Positions 6,265-10,031 of a stretch of DNA of 10,031 nucleotides are shown one piece after another (position 1 is the stretch's first letter; the number at the start of each line of letters is the position of its first letter). Made by a program: the position numbers and the translations under genes. A model generated the notes under the pieces. It was not told the DNA's origin. It saw only the letters and a program-made list of their open reading frames with translations, and did not search any database. This DNA comes from Promethearchaeota archaeon (GTDB lineage Archaea; Asgardarchaeota; Heimdallarchaeia; Hodarchaeales; Hodarchaeaceae): contig JBHLMN010000043.1 of assembly GCA_048938105.1 (NCBI GenBank), positions 1 to 10,031 of the forward strand, given 5' to 3'.

Positions 6265-7602
6265 ATGGATTCACAGGCAAGTCTAAAGTGTTTTTATTGT
6301 AGGATCATCAAGAAATATGAATCGACGTATCCTGTTAGGTCAGGCTATTTTTCTGTGGATGACACTGCTTTCAGATGTACATTACATTCTCAATTCCAGT
6401 GCTCACGCTGTAAAAAATTCCACCACTTTAGTTGGCTTTATTGGTGTGAAAATAAGCAGGAATTAATATGTGGGGATTGTAACAAACCAGTCCTTTACCC
6501 TATTACCTTCTGGAATACCACATACACCTATTCCTTCCAGTGTTCGACTTGCGATGAGCCTCATTTTGATTTATACTACTCAGAATTCCAAGGAAAACAT
6601 CCATGGCAGCTAGGTATGGAAAAGCACGCTCATACAATAGAATTTAAAGAACCAGATTTAAAGAAATGGAAACCTGAGAAATTTAGAAGGGGTAAGAAGA
6701 TCACAGTGGATGAAGCTCTCAAAATTCCTAATGCTGTATTATCGAAGAGAAAGAAAATGTCGAGCCGTGTCGGATCAGTTAAATTCCATTCACTCTTTTT
6801 AGATCAAGCTGCTATAAATCAAACAGAGGTTCGAACACAATGGGAACAGACAAGCAAACAGTGGATAGATTTGGTGAATCACACCTCTCAAGACGATCTT
6901 GGGGATTTAAATCGACAACTAATTATTGATCCTACAATGTGGAAATTGATCGGAGAGGTAAATAACCTATCTGTCCTTGATGCAGGATGTGGTAATGGGT
7001 ATTTCAGTAGAGCTCTTGCACTAAAGGGTGCTTTAGTGACAGGAATTGATCAATCAAAGGTATTAATTGATTATTGCAAGAATAAAGAAAAGCAACAACA
7101 ATTAGGAATCGACTATCATGCTTGGACTTTAGAAGATCTTCATCAAATAGATGATGACCAATTTGACTTAATTATTTCAAATATCGTGTTTGTAGATGTT
7201 TTACATTACAAACAGGCATTCAAAGAACTCGCTCGCGTATTGAAACTAGAAGGAAGGTTTATTTGGTCAAATTTGCATCCTGTATTTGCTAGAGTTGGTA
7301 ATTTGTTTTATCGACTTCCTTTTGATACCCCACGGAACGAAGAACGGCTTTACGTGATGATAGATAGATATTTTGATTCAGGAGGAACTTTAATTTCATG
7401 GGGTTCATTGGAACCTATCTGGCAGTTTGATCGAACTCTTTCAGAATATAGTGTTGCCCTGAAAGATGCAGGACTTTTAATTCGAGAAATCTTAGAACCT
7501 AAACCAGATAATGAAGTAATAAAGAACCATCCAAGACTACTTGCATTTGATACTGATCGTATCCCATTTTTCATAATCTTTGAGTGCATAAAACAAAAAT
7601 AA
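6265..7602 (+). CDS. Class I SAM-dependent methyltransferase with an N-terminal Cys/His-rich putative zinc-binding region
   Basis: Motif I VLDAGCGNG, VTGID, FDLIIS, LKLEGRF, followed by HP and DRYF motifs. The N-terminus has CFYC, CTLH, CSRC, CGDC and CSTCxxxH. The listed GTG at 6256 lies inside a GAGGTGA SD (6253-6259), so ATG 6265 is the likelier start. Confidence 0.9.
   Translation: MDSQASLKCFYCRIIKKYESTYPVRSGYFSVDDTAFRCTLHSQFQCSRCKKFHHFSWLYWCENKQELICGDCNKPVLYPITFWNTTYTYSFQCSTCDEPHFDLYYSEFQGKHPWQLGMEKHAHTIEFKEPDLKKWKPEKFRRGKKITVDEALKIPNAVLSKRKKMSSRVGSVKFHSLFLDQAAINQTEVRTQWEQTSKQWIDLVNHTSQDDLGDLNRQLIIDPTMWKLIGEVNNLSVLDAGCGNGYFSRALALKGALVTGIDQSKVLIDYCKNKEKQQQLGIDYHAWTLEDLHQIDDDQFDLIISNIVFVDVLHYKQAFKELARVLKLEGRFIWSNLHPVFARVGNLFYRLPFDTPRNEERLYVMIDRYFDSGGTLISWGSLEPIWQFDRTLSEYSVALKDAGLLIREILEPKPDNEVIKNHPRLLAFDTDRIPFFIIFECIKQK
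7335..7415 (+). repeat. Direct repeat copy 2, inside the methyltransferase CDS (NEERLYVMIDRYFDSGGTLISWGSLEP)
   Basis: 76/81 identical to 5963-6043, offset 1372 bp. Confidence 0.97.
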
Positions 7603-7842
7603 GGAGATCAAAATTTACGAATCAAAGAAATTGGAAAAATAATTCTTTGAAAGTAGAGTGGCCTTTTTCTCCGTCAGCGATTACATGTCAGTTTCCGAAA
7701 TTATTCTTTTGTAGTAGACTTTTAATAACTACCTTCGTTAGGTAAGAATCTAATATTTTTCAGTATTGAGTTAATGTATTTGGAAACAAATTTAATCTCT
7801 TAGTATTATAATCGATTATTTCGCTATTCATCTGCTAGGTGT

Positions 7843-10031
7843 ATGAAAATGATAAAACCATTTACATTCTATTTAATTATCATTATAATTTGTACTAGTT
7901 TCTTTTCCTCGACTCTTGGAGTATCTACAATCAGTATACACAATGAAGAGATGGTAGGACTACCGTTATTAAGAAGCTCAGAATCAAGCTATATTAACCA
8001 GCCCGAGGTCAGCGATCCAGTTGTAACTGAGTCTATTTCAAAAATTACAGGAAGAATCCAAGTAAGTATATTTGACTATAAGACTTCAAAAGCACTCTCT
8101 GCTGCTGTAGTAACAATTTATCAAATCACTGAAAAAGGCCAAGTTAAAATTGCCACTGGCGAAACTGACTCTTCTGGTTTTTATGAAGCAACAGGAATAG
8201 CACATGGGAATTATAATGTCACAGTAGAAAAAGCTACTTATCAATCGGAATCAAAATTAGTGATTTTACGTACTGATTATGACCGAATAATAGTGAATAT
8301 TTATTTATCAAAAGCTCCATTAAATTCTGGCTATATTGAAGTATATGGACTTATTGCAAATACAAAAATTCCATTAAAAGGTGCTAAGGTAGCTTTATAT
8401 GATGCTACAGGGATTCTTATAACATCAATGGTATTAAATGACGTTGGCTTTGCAAATATAACTAAATTGGCCGTAAACAAATATATTCTATACATTAGCC
8501 TGAAAGGCTATGTTTCACAGAAAAAAGAAGTCGCAATTGATTTTATTGGGGATAGTGAGAAGGTAAAATTCTATTTAGAACCTGTGGGTTCGGGAAATGG
8601 GTTTATTGAAGTATCTGTATCGGATGTGGTAAGGAATGCCTTAAGTGGAGCTCAAGTTACAATATACAATTCGAGTATGGATATAATTGATGCCCAAAAA
8701 ACTAACAAAGTAGGATTTGTTAATGTTACTAATTTAGAATTAGGTACTTATAATGTCAGTGTTTCCCTCTCAGGGTTTAGTAGTCACTTTCAAATAACCG
8801 AAATAGATTATCCTGGAGACGGTGATAGACTTTACTTCACGCTCTTAGAATCAACTGGGAATGGTTTTATCCTTGGTCAAGTTATGACTGAAAGTGGCGA
8901 ACCTATCTTAAATGCAGCTGTAGAAGTCCATTCTGCGAAGAAAATACTCCTGTATACTTTGTCTACGGATACAGATGGAATTTTTAACGTGACTGATCTA
9001 ATTATTGGTCAAACCTATTATATTTTTGTTTCAAAAGATGGATATGTCTCTGATTATGCCATCGTGAAATTAGAAGTTATTGGATTTGCGAGAGTAGCGA
9101 TTTTTCTAGTGAAAGAATTAGGAAATGATGGATTTTTCGAATTATATGTTAAGAACAGTACCTATTTTCTTGCAGATGCTTATGTAGAAGTCTATAATGC
9201 AGCAGGGACGCTATTAAATTCCTATTTCACTGATACAAATGGGTTTATCAATATTACAAACCTAGTGGTGGGATTGTATCATTTCTATATCCTCAAAGAT
9301 GGGTATTTAGTTGAAAGAACATCTGGGATGATTTCATTTGATGGAGATTCCGATGTTATCACCATCATTCTTAGAAATGAACCAACATCTCTTCCTGCCA
9401 CAGGAATTATTGATGTTTACGTCAAGGATGAGGATGATCTACCAATTAAAGGCGCTTATGTAAGAGTGGTCGGTGAAATAGCCTATTCAGGTTATACAGG
9501 CGAAAAAGGCGAATATAGTGTAAAAGAGTTGTATTTAGGATTGTACAACATTACTGTCTCGATGAAAGGATATAGTGATGGAACAGCTTCAACGAGGATT
9601 GACTATGTAGGGGACAGAGATCGCGTCTATATAACGTTATATCCTGAAGAAACGACTTCCATTCGTCTGTACACCTCAATTCCAGGCAAACTAGATCAAA
9701 TAGGAGGATCGTACGTCCGTTATAAACTAGATGATGGTTCGTTTTCCAAATGGTTCCTAACTGATGAGAGTGGTCAATTCGAGATTTCAAACGCTAAAAT
9801 CGGAACATATACAATTGAAATCTTACGAGGGGGCTTTGAATTACAAACCCAAACAGTAGCAGTCTCAGAAATAGGTGTTATTATTAATGCTGGGACAGTA
9901 TTAGATATACACGCAGCAGATGGTGTAACTGACTATTATGCATTAATTGTTGCTGGTCAAATTGACCGACGATTTACCATTGATGCTTTTGCAATGTATG
10001 CAATCCTCCAGAATTATTACGGTTTTTCCTC
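7843..10031 (+). CDS. Large secreted protein: seven carboxypeptidase-regulatory-like beta-sandwich repeats, then the start of a probable clan CD (C13/C14-like) cysteine peptidase domain; runs off the right window edge
   Basis: Hand translation is open for 729 codons. Signal peptide MKMIKPFTFYLIIIIICTSFFSS. Repeats of about 90 aa (G.I.V.V.D....L.GA.V.IY...TD..GF...T.L..G.Y...VSK.GY) start near 8050, 8329, 8599, 8863, 9130, 9403 and 9658. YYALIVAGQIDRRFTIDAFAMYAILQNYYGF starts at 9934. An alternative start at 7849 fits the AGGTG SD better. Absent from the ORF track because there is no stop in the window. Confidence 0.88.
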   Translation, partial: MKMIKPFTFYLIIIIICTSFFSSTLGVSTISIHNEEMVGLPLLRSSESSYINQPEVSDPVVTESISKITGRIQVSIFDYKTSKALSAAVVTIYQITEKGQVKIATGETDSSGFYEATGIAHGNYNVTVEKATYQSESKLVILRTDYDRIIVNIYLSKAPLNSGYIEVYGLIANTKIPLKGAKVALYDATGILITSMVLNDVGFANITKLAVNKYILYISLKGYVSQKKEVAIDFIGDSEKVKFYLEPVGSGNGFIEVSVSDVVRNALSGAQVTIYNSSMDIIDAQKTNKVGFVNVTNLELGTYNVSVSLSGFSSHFQITEIDYPGDGDRLYFTLLESTGNGFILGQVMTESGEPILNAAVEVHSAKKILLYTLSTDTDGIFNVTDLIIGQTYYIFVSKDGYVSDYAIVKLEVIGFARVAIFLVKELGNDGFFELYVKNSTYFLADAYVEVYNAAGTLLNSYFTDTNGFINITNLVVGLYHFYILKDGYLVERTSGMISFDGDSDVITIILRNEPTSLPATGIIDVYVKDEDDLPIKGAYVRVVGEIAYSGYTGEKGEYSVKELYLGLYNITVSMKGYSDGTASTRIDYVGDRDRVYITLYPEETTSIRLYTSIPGKLDQIGGSYVRYKLDDGSFSKWFLTDESGQFEISNAKIGTYTIEILRGGFELQTQTVAVSEIGVIINAGTVLDIHAADGVTDYYALIVAGQIDRRFTIDAFAMYAILQNYYGFS

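Noticed and set aside
5963-7415. Calling a complete diversity-generating retroelement as a feature
   Set aside because: No reverse transcriptase or accessory gene is visible and the adenine bias is only marginal, so it is kept as a hypothesis in the findings.
7350-7589. 79-aa minus-strand ORF in the track
   Set aside because: Antisense shadow of the methyltransferase CDS.
3714-7688. GATTACATGT present near 3714 and at 7679
   Set aside because: Isolated 10-mer with no flanking similarity, expected by chance.
9551-9790. 79-aa minus-strand ORF in the track
   Set aside because: Antisense shadow of the long plus-strand ORF starting at 7843.
1-10031. CRISPR array, tRNA/rRNA genes, IS or transposase, integrase
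   Set aside because: No regularly spaced repeats, cloverleaf or rRNA-like sequence, or recombinase/transposase motifs were recognised by eye.

Overview
AT-rich accessory region, most likely from an archaeon. The evidence is TATA-type promoters, GGTGA-type Shine-Dalgarno motifs and sequon-rich secreted proteins; the gene mix suggests Asgard archaea, but that is inference only. In order: a truncated PadR/MarR-like winged-helix protein (-, missing from the ORF track) divergent from an ATC-hydrolase-family gene (+); a block of five minus-strand genes (TetR regulator, DUF4386 membrane protein, small winged-helix regulator, C-terminally anchored secreted protein, flavin-reductase-family protein); a Cys/His-rich zinc-finger plus class I SAM methyltransferase fusion (+); and a >729-aa secreted protein (+, missing from the ORF track) with seven beta-sandwich repeats followed by the start of a probable clan CD cysteine peptidase domain. 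The most unusual non-coding signals are an 81-bp intergenic copy of an internal segment of the methyltransferase gene with A-biased mismatches, and a quasi-palindromic CATAAC-GTTG-GTTATG-like motif on both sides of the minus-strand block, part of which forms a 59-bp attC-like hairpin. No rRNA, tRNA, CRISPR array, integrase, transposase or reverse transcriptase was recognised.
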